Shown here piece after piece: positions 46,769-56,167 of a DNA stretch of 64,000 bases. Made by a program: the position numbers and the translations under genes. Location: NCBI GenBank assembly GCA_002408565.1, contig DHTA01000005.1, positions 178,383 through 242,382 of the forward strand, in the 5' to 3' direction. Source of the stretch: Patescibacteria group bacterium UBA5272 (GTDB taxonomy: Bacteria > Patescibacteriota > Minisyncoccia > Phycocordibacterales > UBA5272). The notes beneath the pieces were generated by a model, which was not told the DNA's origin, searched no databases, and saw only the letters and a program-made list of their open reading frames with translations. Position 1 is the stretch's first letter. Each line of letters opens with the position of its first letter.

Positions 46769-47824
46769 TTATTCGCTTAAATATTTTAAACCAGTTTTTT
46801 CAGATCGAACCTTAACCTCTTTAATTAGTTCTATGTTTTTTAACACTTCTTCTCCTATCACCTCTTTAGTGAACTTAAAATTTACACCTAAACCATTTTT
46901 TACATCTTCTTCAAACCATTGATCAAAAATATAATTACCGAGTGAATAATAAATATATTTGTCTTTATAGATTTCACTTTCTTCTATAACATGAGGATGC
47001 CCGCCAATTACCATATCTGCTCCAGCATCAATCCATTTATAGGCTAAATATTTTTGATTTTCAGTAGAAGTGGTTTTATACTCAGTTCCCCAATGGGGCA
47101 TCACTATCACAAAATCAACTTTTTCATTTGCTTTAAATTTTTGAATTTCCATTTCTATTCTTTCGCTATCGTTATCTCTCGTAAATTCATGATAACCAAT
47201 ATATCCTATACAAATATCTTTTTCACAAAAAATATCTCCTAAACTTTCCATCTCTCTATCGTTGTAAGGATTTCCAAAATAAAAAATTTTAGCATCGTCT
47301 AAATAGGCTTTTGTTTCTTGAAATCCTTTATTGTAAAAATTATCTGTATGATTATTTGCTAAAGAAATAGTCTTAATATTTAGAATATTTAAAATCTCTG
47401 GAGTAGAGGTTGGAAAAGTAAAATGAAGTAACCCGGTATAGCTACCATCGTCTCTATATGTCTTGGTTTTGTTTTCAGTAATTGGACCTTCAAGATTAGC
47501 AACTACATAATCATATCTAGCATTTTCTTCTTTAAAATTTCCTAAAAAGTTACTAACAAAATTCTTTGGAGTTTCATGTTCGTTTATAATCTTTCTAATA
47601 TTTCTATCTAACATTATGTCACCTACAAAGAGAATACTTAATTCGTTCTTTTTATTTTTAACATCTTTCTCAGTTTCTATCTCTGGAATATTTTCATAAT
47701 ATCTATAACCATAATTTTTATCTATAAAATAATAAGCTACAAATAGTCCCGGAATCACAAAAAGAGTTAAAATTACTTTAGTAAAAGTATTTAATTTCAT
47801 AATTATGTCTTGATAATAACACAA
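46769..47824 (-). CDS. CapA/PgsA-like metallophosphoesterase, membrane-anchored
   Basis: Calcineurin-like motifs (GDIMLDR...GNHE-like...MPHWGTEY...GGHPHV). Confidence 0.65.
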   Translation of the reverse strand: MCYYQDIIMKLNTFTKVILTLFVIPGLFVAYYFIDKNYGYRYYENIPEIETEKDVKNKKNELSILFVGDIMLDRNIRKIINEHETPKNFVSNFLGNFKEENARYDYVVANLEGPITENKTKTYRDDGSYTGLLHFTFPTSTPEILNILNIKTISLANNHTDNFYNKGFQETKAYLDDAKIFYFGNPYNDREMESLGDIFCEKDICIGYIGYHEFTRDNDSERIEMEIQKFKANEKVDFVIVMPHWGTEYKTTSTENQKYLAYKWIDAGADMVIGGHPHVIEESEIYKDKYIYYSLGNYIFDQWFEEDVKNGLGVNFKFTKEVIGEEVLKNIELIKEVKVRSEKTGLKYLSE

Positions 47825-48043
47825 CTATTCAACTTCAGAAAATTTTTCAAGAAATTCCGAAATTGGTCTCACCCAAATTTTTCCAAGCGACGCATCTTCA
47901 TACAAAGCTTTGTAAATCACCACCTCCACTAGATCATATCTCTCATCATTAATTTGTAATTTTCCAACTTCCAAAACTTCATAAAATTTAGTTTTATCTT
48001 TATAGTGAAAATACTTTTTGCCAATTTCAACTTTTGTGAGCAT
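47825..48043 (-). CDS. DUF1653 family protein
   Basis: YFHYKDKTKFYEVLEV...YDLVEVVIYKALYEDASLGKIWVRP fits the DUF1653 pattern. Confidence 0.5.
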   Translation of the reverse strand: MLTKVEIGKKYFHYKDKTKFYEVLEVGKLQINDERYDLVEVVIYKALYEDASLGKIWVRPISEFLEKFSEVE

Positions 48044-48044
48044 A

Positions 48045-49397
48045 CTAATTTTTATATCTCCCTAAAACACTCTTTTTGAATTCAAAAAATCTGTCTTCTA
48101 TAATACTTTGTCTAATGTCTTTTACTAAGTGGACGATGAAGTGGAGATTGTGAAGTGAAGCAATAGTCGCGGCAATCATTTCTTTACTTCTAAAAAGATG
48201 CGCTAAATAAGCTTTTGTATATCTATGAGCATAACAACTTTCGTCGTCACAAACAGGAGAAAAATCATTTTTATATTTACTATTGAAAATATTTATTCGT
48301 CCATCTTTGGTATAAAGACTTCCATTTCGAGCAAGACGCGTCGGAGAAACACAATCAAAAGTATCTATTCCATTTTCAATTCCATAAAAAAGATCTTCTA
48401 TTTCACCTATTCCCAAAAAGTGGCGCGGTTTATTTTCTGGAAGATTTTCATTTGTAACTTTTAAAATTTTTGTCATATCTTCTTTAGTAAAACTACCTCC
48501 TATACCAAAACCGTCAAAAGATTTTCCAGAAATATTCATTTCTCCTAAAACTTTAGCCGATTCTTTTCTTAGGTCTTCATATATTCCTCCTTGCACTACG
48601 GCATACAATGCCTGCATCTCACCAGTCGCTTCAGATTCTCCAAGTTTAATATGGTGTTCCAAACTTCTTTTTGCCCAACGGTGAGTTCTTTCTAGAGCTT
48701 CTATTTGATAGTGTTTATTAGCAAACGGACTAGTACATTCATCGAAAGCAAAAAATATATCTGCACCTAGATCGTGCTGAATTTCCATGCTTTTTTCAGG
48801 AGTAAAGAAATGTTTACCTCCATCAAAGATGCTGCGAAACTCTACCCCATCTTCAGAAATTTTTACTAATGATTTTTCTTCCTTTTTTTTATTTAATTTT
48901 ATTTTATTTTTTAAACGATATTTCTTAAAAAAGAAAATATCTATAGAGAAAAATTTATTATTTTTAAATATTTTTTTTAATCTAAAACTTTTATTTTTGT
49001 TTTCTAAATTCTTTTCTAGGTTTTGATTAGCCAAATCTTCTCTTTTAGCAATTTTGGATACTCCCACCCCCATTGCTGCCCCAAGAGAAAATACCTGGAA
49101 ACCCCCAGAATCAGTAAAGGTGGGGCCATTATAATTCATCATCCTCGCAAAACCTCCGTGTTTTTTTACAATTTTATTTCCTGGCTCAAGATAGAGATGA
49201 TAAGTATTTGCGAGCACAGCGTCAGAGTCAACATATTTTTGGAAATCTTCAGGTAAAACACTTTTAATTGTCGCCTTTGTTCCTACAGGAATAAAGGCTG
49301 GTGTTTCTATTTTTCCGTGCGGAGTATGAATTATTCCAACTCTAGCCAAAGGAGCTTCTGCCGACTTTTTAGTTATTTCAAAAGAAAACTCTTTCAT
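48045..49397 (-). CDS. tgt: queuine tRNA-ribosyltransferase with a ~60-aa lysine-rich low-complexity insertion
   Basis: ARVGIIHTPHGKIETPAFIPVGT, catalytic Asp regions and a C-terminal zinc site. An insert KNLENKNKSFRLKKIFKNNKFFSIDIFFFKKYRLKNKIKLNKKKEEKS sits mid-protein. Confidence 0.85.
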   Translation of the reverse strand: MKEFSFEITKKSAEAPLARVGIIHTPHGKIETPAFIPVGTKATIKSVLPEDFQKYVDSDAVLANTYHLYLEPGNKIVKKHGGFARMMNYNGPTFTDSGGFQVFSLGAAMGVGVSKIAKREDLANQNLEKNLENKNKSFRLKKIFKNNKFFSIDIFFFKKYRLKNKIKLNKKKEEKSLVKISEDGVEFRSIFDGGKHFFTPEKSMEIQHDLGADIFFAFDECTSPFANKHYQIEALERTHRWAKRSLEHHIKLGESEATGEMQALYAVVQGGIYEDLRKESAKVLGEMNISGKSFDGFGIGGSFTKEDMTKILKVTNENLPENKPRHFLGIGEIEDLFYGIENGIDTFDCVSPTRLARNGSLYTKDGRINIFNSKYKNDFSPVCDDESCYAHRYTKAYLAHLFRSKEMIAATIASLHNLHFIVHLVKDIRQSIIEDRFFEFKKSVLGRYKN

Positions 49398-49402
49398 ACT
49401 AA

Positions 49403-50446
49403 TTAAAACCTCACAATCTCTTCACACTTAGCAATAATATTTCTCGGAGAAAGATTATCTTCCAAACCTAATCTTTCCACTTTAATATTTGAATGGTTAG
49501 GATTTTCAGAAATTATTTCAGCTATTAAACTTCCCATTCCACCAATTCTAGAATGTTCTTCTATGGTTAAAACATTTTTATGAGTATCAGCAAAATTTCC
49601 TATAAAAGCAGCTATTTTTTCATTTTTAAATCTATCATTAGAAGAAATTAAAGACATATTTAAAACTGTTACTTTATAATTCATACTCTCTAATTCTTTA
49701 GCAGCTTGAAGAGCGTTGTACAAAATTGGTCCATAAGCAATTATGCCAACTTGGAAAGTGGCTTCTAGGTTTTTAGGAATATAAACAATCTCTGGTAAAC
49801 CGGTCCACTCTTTAAGATTTCCTTCTCTTTCAAAATAATTTTCATCAAAAATTTTAGGAGAACCTTCGCTAAAAATTCTAAAATAAGAAAAATCATTTCG
49901 ACTGTTTTTAAAAAAACCTTTCTCCACAACTTTTAATAAATAACTTGCTTCTGAAGCGTCAGCTGGCGCAAAAATATTTACCCCTCCCAAATTTCGCAAA
50001 AGAGCCACATCATTTTTAATTTCCAAATTATCTAAATAAAGAGCCTCAGCCAATTCGTTTTCTTTATAAATTCTAGGAGACTGCATATTAAGAATTGTAA
50101 GGTTCACCTCTTTTTCTTTGTTATTTAAGAATTTAAAAATAGTTTTAGAGAGTCCGTTATAAAGCTTGTAAAAATTATCCATCAAACCGGTATGTGAATT
50201 TTTGAGATTCTCATTAAAAGATTCGTTTATAAGAAAAACGTTTTTATTTTGATTTTTAGAAATGGTAGAGCAAATTTGTATTGCTTCCGTAGCAGGAAAA
50301 ATATGTTGCGTATCTCCTGAAGCCTCTTCCAAATTATCTACCTTGAAGATTAAGTTATTATAATCCTCAAACTCAGCCAAGGTAAAAAATGTCTTTTCAA
50401 CCTGATTTTGAAACTCTTCTTTTTCGAATAAATTTTTATTTAACAT
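49403..50446 (-). CDS. transketolase, C-terminal (pyrimidine-binding + C-terminal domain) subunit
   Basis: The C-terminal domain ...VTVLNMSLISS...TIEEHSRIGGMGSLIAEIIS resembles the TK C-terminal domain. Confidence 0.65.
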   Translation of the reverse strand: MLNKNLFEKEEFQNQVEKTFFTLAEFEDYNNLIFKVDNLEEASGDTQHIFPATEAIQICSTISKNQNKNVFLINESFNENLKNSHTGLMDNFYKLYNGLSKTIFKFLNNKEKEVNLTILNMQSPRIYKENELAEALYLDNLEIKNDVALLRNLGGVNIFAPADASEASYLLKVVEKGFFKNSRNDFSYFRIFSEGSPKIFDENYFEREGNLKEWTGLPEIVYIPKNLEATFQVGIIAYGPILYNALQAAKELESMNYKVTVLNMSLISSNDRFKNEKIAAFIGNFADTHKNVLTIEEHSRIGGMGSLIAEIISENPNHSNIKVERLGLEDNLSPRNIIAKCEEIVRF

Positions 50447-50450
50447 ATTT

Positions 50451-51113
50451 TTAATTTACATTAGCTAAGATAATTGTTGGCTTTTTTAAATCTTTAGCAT
50501 AATACACAGCCTCACAAACAGAAGCTGGGCTCAAACCATTAACTACTAGAGTATCAAAACCTAAATTGATTAACTTGCCATTTAATTTATTTTCTTTATT
50601 AATTTCTGTATTAGAAGATTTAGTGTAAGAAATAATAATAATTCTACGCATATTATTTTTCTGGATAAATTCTAAAGCTGAAAAATTATTTAATAGATCT
50701 AATTCGCTAACTACTAAATAATAAAATCTTTCATGCCTGTCTCCGGAATCTCTGGCGGCAGTATAATGACCGATCGCTTCCCCAAAAGTATTTTCCACTT
50801 TCAAAAAAGTATGTTTGGTGATATAAGACTTTAAATTAGAAAACTCTTCATATCCAGCATGAACCTTTATCACACTTTCTACAATATTGGCATAATTGTT
50901 TGTAGAAAAGACATCGTCCTTATTTTTCCAATTAGGAGTCTTGGGGTCATGATTAATAATTTTAAAATACAAAGCAACAAAAATGCCAGAAAGACTTTTT
51001 AGATTTTTTAAAGCTTTTTCACCGAAAGACGAAAAAACATTACCTATAGTAATTTCAACATCTTGCTGCACCAGACTTAAAGCTTCTTTTTCATCTTTTG
51101 TCAAAGTCTTCAT
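50451..51113 (-). CDS. transketolase N-terminal (TPP-binding) subunit-like protein, short and divergent
   Basis: It sits where the TK N-terminal subunit is expected. There is weak similarity (GEAIGHYTAARDSGDRHERFYYLVVSELDLLNNFSALEFI...RRIIIISYT), and at 220 aa it is shorter than usual. Confidence 0.4.
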   Translation of the reverse strand: MKTLTKDEKEALSLVQQDVEITIGNVFSSFGEKALKNLKSLSGIFVALYFKIINHDPKTPNWKNKDDVFSTNNYANIVESVIKVHAGYEEFSNLKSYITKHTFLKVENTFGEAIGHYTAARDSGDRHERFYYLVVSELDLLNNFSALEFIQKNNMRRIIIISYTKSSNTEINKENKLNGKLINLGFDTLVVNGLSPASVCEAVYYAKDLKKPTIILANVN

Positions 51114-51142
51114 ACAAATCTATTATATCATAGAGAGAATTT

Positions 51143-51853
51143 TTAGCTTCGTCTTAATTTTCGCAAATTAGCGACAAATTTTTCCTCTTCTAAATCCTTC
51201 AACAAATATGATCCTACTATAAATTTATCCGCTCCAGCTTTAGTTACAAAAGAAATAGTATTTTCATTCATAGAGCCATCAACCTGTATAGACAAATCTT
51301 TATAATCTAAATTATTTCTGAAATATCTGACTAATGCTAAAGCTTTTTCGCTAAACTCTTGACCTTGAAGACCTATTTTTTCTATACCCATGATTTGCAA
51401 ATCTGTCTTCTCGTGCTTATAAAGCAAAGAAAGAATTTCTTCTCTATTTTTATCTAAAAAATCTAATTTAGCAGTAGCAATAATCCTGGTGAGACTTTTT
51501 TTAGCTCTGTTCAAAATTTCCTCTAAATCTTTAGAAAATAAAATTTCGTCTAAATGTATAACTACACTTTTGGGTTTAAAATTTTCTACTTCTAAAAAAT
51601 ATTTTAGTTGATCTTCACACATTAAGTGAAATTCTAAATTAAAATAATTTTTATAAGATAAAAGTTTTGTAATTTCTTCTTGCTTCGAAGAATCTGGAAG
51701 CCAAGTCTCATTATTTACAAATTTTCCATCACATAAATCAATTTGTATGAATTTAAAATCGATACTATATTTGTCTTCAATTTGAGATAAAAAGTCTAAT
51801 TTTTTAGCTATTTCTTCAAAATTTTTTTCTAAAATGGCGGGTATTATTTCCAT
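51143..51853 (-). CDS. rpe: ribulose-phosphate 3-epimerase-like (TIM-barrel)
   Basis: IQIDLCDGKFVNNETW and EFHLMCED resemble the Rpe metal/substrate motifs. Confidence 0.55.
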   Translation of the reverse strand: MEIIPAILEKNFEEIAKKLDFLSQIEDKYSIDFKFIQIDLCDGKFVNNETWLPDSSKQEEITKLLSYKNYFNLEFHLMCEDQLKYFLEVENFKPKSVVIHLDEILFSKDLEEILNRAKKSLTRIIATAKLDFLDKNREEILSLLYKHEKTDLQIMGIEKIGLQGQEFSEKALALVRYFRNNLDYKDLSIQVDGSMNENTISFVTKAGADKFIVGSYLLKDLEEEKFVANLRKLRRS

Positions 51854-51855
51854 AA

Positions 51856-52464
51856 TTAATTATCTGACACTTCAGCTCTCATAGAAGCCAACCTGTCTAA
51901 CTCGTCTAATTCCGTCTTAGTCACTTTAGTATCAATATTTTCTTCCAGATCTTCTATTTGTTCAACTCTTCTTTCGTGTCTGGTTACGGTTGTCTCGTCA
52001 GCTTCATCAAATTTGGTTAAAAGAAAAGTTTTTATGGCTTGTTTGGCAAATTCCTCACTTATAAATCTTGCTCCAAAAGAAATAATGTTTGCATTATTGT
52101 GTTCACGCAAAAGCTTTACCAATTCCAAATTTTCACTATTTATAACTCCCGCTCGTATTCCCTTATATTTTCCAGCCACTATAGCCTCTCCTTCTCCTGA
52201 GCCGCCAAAAACTATACCAAAACCATTTTTCTTTCCTGTATAAATGTCTGAAGACAGAGCTCCAGCACAAGCAGAAACATATTTTGGATAATCGTCATCT
52301 TCATCATATTCATAAGCTCCAAAATCAACTATTTCAAGAGAAGAAATAACTTGACCGTTTTGTTCTAATTCTTTTTTTAAATCGTCTTTTTCCACTTCCA
52401 AGAATAGTTTTAAAGCTTCTTTCATTTCAAACCCTGCATGGTCTGTGGCTAAATAAATTTTCAT
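51856..52464 (-). CDS. rpiB: ribose-5-phosphate isomerase B
   Basis: MKIYLATDHAGFEMKEAL...GIVFGGSGEGEAIVAGKY is the RpiB/LacAB fold, with internal acidic insertions. Confidence 0.7.
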   Translation of the reverse strand: MKIYLATDHAGFEMKEALKLFLEVEKDDLKKELEQNGQVISSLEIVDFGAYEYDEDDDYPKYVSACAGALSSDIYTGKKNGFGIVFGGSGEGEAIVAGKYKGIRAGVINSENLELVKLLREHNNANIISFGARFISEEFAKQAIKTFLLTKFDEADETTVTRHERRVEQIEDLEENIDTKVTKTELDELDRLASMRAEVSDN

Positions 52465-52546
52465 ATTCTTATTATACTATAAAATAAAAAACCTCATTTT
52501 TTATTAATGAGATTTCTTAAACTTTGTTAATAATTAAATTTAATAA

Positions 52547-54838
52547 TTAAATTTCGCAAGCCCCAGAAACGCAAGCAAATTCTTTTGATCCTGTTGTGTT
52601 GTCAGAAACTTCATATTGAGTCAACTTAGAAAAATCTATTTTTCTTATAGATTTAGTTCTTTTTTCAAATTCTTCTTTACCAATTTCCTCATAAGGAGCC
52701 AACTGGTAAATATGATCTGTTCGAGGCAAAAACGTCAAACCTCCGATCAGGCCCCAATTCTCATAAACAAAATTCCCAACCCCAATCCACTCTTCAGGAC
52801 CTACATAAATAGTCGCAGAAGGATTATGTTCCACAAAATTCTCTTTTAATCTTTTCCATTCTTTCAGCAAATCAATAGCTGAGACCTCATCTTTAAATAT
52901 TGCACCTGCTGGCGCTTTAACTGGAAATTCTAAGACAAAGGTTGTAGCGTTGTTTGTCGATTGTCCAACTTCCGGCACACAAGGCACACCTTGATCGCGG
53001 GCCATTTGCAACAAAGGATCTGTACTAGAAATACGAACTCTGCGAATAAAATATGGAGCGTACCAAGGATGCATTCCTGAGCCAACACCCAACAGTTGCC
53101 CAGAATTACCATGTGGTTTTACACAAGTAATCGCGGTAGAAGGATTAATTTTAAACCTTTTGGCATATTTTTTATTTGTATCAATTCCGATGTTTTTAAG
53201 ATTTTGCAAATTCGCATCATTGCGAACAATCTTATTATCGTAATAACCAGTCAAAGAGACACCAAGCAACCTTTCTTCCTCACAATTCGTTTTCCATTTT
53301 TTAGAAAGATAACCAAAATTTGTAAGAGAAGATTGATAGGTTCCAAGAATTGTAGCTATTTCCATTTTTTTAGCCAATGTTTTCATCGTGTCTTGCGGGC
53401 GAATAACAATACTAGTAAGATTACAAAATTGTTTTGATTTAAGATAAATTTCCCCACAAGGATTTAAACCTACCTGCTTTTCATTCTTTATAAATTCCCA
53501 ACGACGAGATGGAACTTGTTTTTCCAATCCCCCGCGATTAAACAAACCCCTCTCTCCTGATTTAGATTTTACTAAAGCTGTCCACTCTTCCAAAAATTCT
53601 TCTGTGCTTGGTTTTTCATTAAAAACTACAGAATTATTTGCCATAGTTCTTTGAGATTCAGACAAATAAAATTGTCCCTTCTTTGAATCTCGCATTTCCA
53701 AATCATCTAATTCCGAAAGTGAAATAAGAGCACTTCGACGAACTCCGCCAGCTACAACTATTAAACCTATTTTACAAACAATGTCGTGTAAATCTAAATT
53801 CGAAAGACGTCGACCCTGTTTAGCTAGGATTTTTTGTTTTGAAAAGTCCATCAATTCCATAAGAGGTTGCGGACCTGAAGCTCTTCCTCCAGCTGTTTCT
53901 AAACGCGCTCCAGCAGGTCTAATTTGAGAGTAATCAAACTTTACATCTTTTCCGTTAAACCAAGACTCTAATCCAAAAACAAAGGCATCAGCCCAGCCCT
54001 CTTTACTATCTTTAACAATATAATTAACAGGTTTTTCTTTGATTTGTTTTTTTATTTGTGGAAATTGTTGGACATTTTCTGATTCGACCGAAAAACCAAG
54101 TCCTGCCCCACACATGGAAATATACATAATCTCGCCTAAATCTTGCGCACAAGTAGGAGTGATATAAGCACAATTGTATGCCCAAACATTTGAATTGCGA
54201 CAAGCTTTACCGGCCGACCAAAGAAGGCGCATAGAAGGACAAACTTCTTGATTTAAAATAGCTTTGCGAATATCATCATATTCTTTTTTGCTTAATTTAT
54301 TTTCCAGATTTTCTTTCATGTAAAGCATATATCTATCCACCGTTTCTATCCAAGTTTCTCGACGACCAAGATCTGGCTTCCATCTAGAATAAAACTGATA
54401 AAAAATAAATTCTGAATAAGGGCTAGAAAAATATTTGCTACTTTCTTCAACTGCTTTTTTTGTAGCTTTAGAAATTGGTTTCGAAACCCTTAATTCTGAA
54501 CGTTTATTACGATAAAGAATATATTTTTTTGCTGTATCAACAAAATTAGATCTCATCAACTCTTTCTCCACCAGGTCCTGAACCATTTCTACTGATGGTA
54601 AAAATTTTGCATTTTTATCTTTTTTAATTAAATCAGCTTGCGCATCAAGTAGGTTTTTAAAAACATTTTTAGCTATAGCATCGGCCATAAGCTCACCCCC
54701 TTCTTTTGAAACTTCAAAAGCTTTTAAGACAGCGTGTGTTATTCTTTCTAACTCAAAGGGTACAACCTCCCCTGTTCTTTTACGAATAAATTTAATTTTA
54801 GACAACTCACTCTTTGGAATATCTTTAGTTTTTTTCAT
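52547..54838 (-). CDS. ribonucleotide reductase large (catalytic) subunit with an N-terminal ATP-cone
   Basis: ATP-cone KIKFIRKRTGEVVPFELERITHAV, active-site NPCGEI, and C-terminal CVSGACEI. No beta subunit is adjacent and the C-terminus lacks a YY pair, so it is probably class II. The class is not certain. Confidence 0.85.
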   Translation of the reverse strand: MKKTKDIPKSELSKIKFIRKRTGEVVPFELERITHAVLKAFEVSKEGGELMADAIAKNVFKNLLDAQADLIKKDKNAKFLPSVEMVQDLVEKELMRSNFVDTAKKYILYRNKRSELRVSKPISKATKKAVEESSKYFSSPYSEFIFYQFYSRWKPDLGRRETWIETVDRYMLYMKENLENKLSKKEYDDIRKAILNQEVCPSMRLLWSAGKACRNSNVWAYNCAYITPTCAQDLGEIMYISMCGAGLGFSVESENVQQFPQIKKQIKEKPVNYIVKDSKEGWADAFVFGLESWFNGKDVKFDYSQIRPAGARLETAGGRASGPQPLMELMDFSKQKILAKQGRRLSNLDLHDIVCKIGLIVVAGGVRRSALISLSELDDLEMRDSKKGQFYLSESQRTMANNSVVFNEKPSTEEFLEEWTALVKSKSGERGLFNRGGLEKQVPSRRWEFIKNEKQVGLNPCGEIYLKSKQFCNLTSIVIRPQDTMKTLAKKMEIATILGTYQSSLTNFGYLSKKWKTNCEEERLLGVSLTGYYDNKIVRNDANLQNLKNIGIDTNKKYAKRFKINPSTAITCVKPHGNSGQLLGVGSGMHPWYAPYFIRRVRISSTDPLLQMARDQGVPCVPEVGQSTNNATTFVLEFPVKAPAGAIFKDEVSAIDLLKEWKRLKENFVEHNPSATIYVGPEEWIGVGNFVYENWGLIGGLTFLPRTDHIYQLAPYEEIGKEEFEKRTKSIRKIDFSKLTQYEVSDNTTGSKEFACVSGACEI

Positions 54839-55042
54839 ACTTTTACTTTTTTATTTAAATTATTAATTTTGTAATACAAAATAAAAAACCCAAAAGCACC
54901 CACCCGCTTTCTAAATAAATCTTACCATGGGCAAATTTTTAAAAAATCAAAATTTGACAAAATCCAGTCATAGGCTTTCCTTCGTAAGGAAAAAGTTATC
55001 AACATATTTGACTCAGGTGGGAAAAAGGTGGTTAAATAAACT

Positions 55043-56119
55043 TTAAATAAAGCTAACAGCTTTCAAAGTGTGCTGCAGGAGAGTATTCGCGTATCCAACT
55101 TCGTTGTCATACCAAATTAAGACCTTTATCAAATTACCATCAACGACTTTTGTCATTTTAGCGTCAACAATTCCTGCATAGCGTATTCCTAAAATATCTG
55201 AGGAAACCAATTCTTCATAGCTTACAGCTAATAGACTTTTCCACCTTTCAGTTTTTGAAGCATTTTCAAGAATTCTATTTATCTCTTCAACACTAGTGTT
55301 TCTTTTTGAAATAAAAGTTACGTCTGCCAAACTTCCAGCAACTACCGGTACCCGAATAGAGATTCCATCAAATAAATCTTTTAATTCAGGAAAAGATTTT
55401 GTCACAGCGATAGCAGCTCCAGTGGTAGAAGGTATAATATTTTGAGCTCCAGCTCTACCTATTCGCCAATTTTTTTTATTTATTCCATCAACAATAGACT
55501 GAGAAGCTGTATAAGCATGGATAGTATTTAAAATAGCTTTTTCTATTCCCACAGTTTCATTTAAGATGGCCATAATAGGAGAGATTGCATTTGTGGTGCA
55601 AGAAGCATTACTAGTGATTTCAAAATCTTTTAATTTTTCTTCATTAAGACCCATAAGTACAGTCTCACTTTTACGCATACTATTTTTTAGATCTTTAGCT
55701 GGTGATGAGAGTATTACTTTTTTTGCTCCAGATTCAATATGGAAATGAGCTTTATCTGCACTAGAAAAAATTCCAGTACATTCCACAACTAAATCTACAC
55801 CTAGGTTGTCCCAAATTTTTTCTTGAACAAATGTTTCTGGGTCTTTTTCACTCAAAAATCTAATCTTTTTCTGATCTCCATTTAATAAGGTTAAAACTAA
55901 ATATTTTTCTTTTTCATCGATTATTCTAGTTTCTATATTTCTAAAATTTTTCTGCCTGTAAACAGTGTCATAATTTAAAAGATAAACCATATTATCCAAA
56001 TCTCCTAAATCGTTGACGGCTACAATTTCAATCTCCTTTAAAGCTTTTCCGTCCATCAAAGCCAACTTCAAAAGAGATCTACCTATTCTGCCAAAACCAT
56101 TAATAGCTATTTTCTTCAT
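55043..56119 (-). CDS. gap: glyceraldehyde-3-phosphate dehydrogenase
   Basis: INGFGRIGR and active-site NASCTTNAISP. Confidence 0.9.
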   Translation of the reverse strand: MKKIAINGFGRIGRSLLKLALMDGKALKEIEIVAVNDLGDLDNMVYLLNYDTVYRQKNFRNIETRIIDEKEKYLVLTLLNGDQKKIRFLSEKDPETFVQEKIWDNLGVDLVVECTGIFSSADKAHFHIESGAKKVILSSPAKDLKNSMRKSETVLMGLNEEKLKDFEITSNASCTTNAISPIMAILNETVGIEKAILNTIHAYTASQSIVDGINKKNWRIGRAGAQNIIPSTTGAAIAVTKSFPELKDLFDGISIRVPVVAGSLADVTFISKRNTSVEEINRILENASKTERWKSLLAVSYEELVSSDILGIRYAGIVDAKMTKVVDGNLIKVLIWYDNEVGYANTLLQHTLKAVSFI

Positions 56120-56167
56120 AAGAAAATTATATCACAACAAAAATCTTTATTAGAAAATAATTTTAAA

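Noticed and set aside
48850-49000. AT-rich, repeat-like stretch that could be mistaken for a CRISPR array or repeat region
   Set aside because: It is in frame inside tgt and encodes a lysine-rich insert. There are no regularly spaced direct repeats or spacers.
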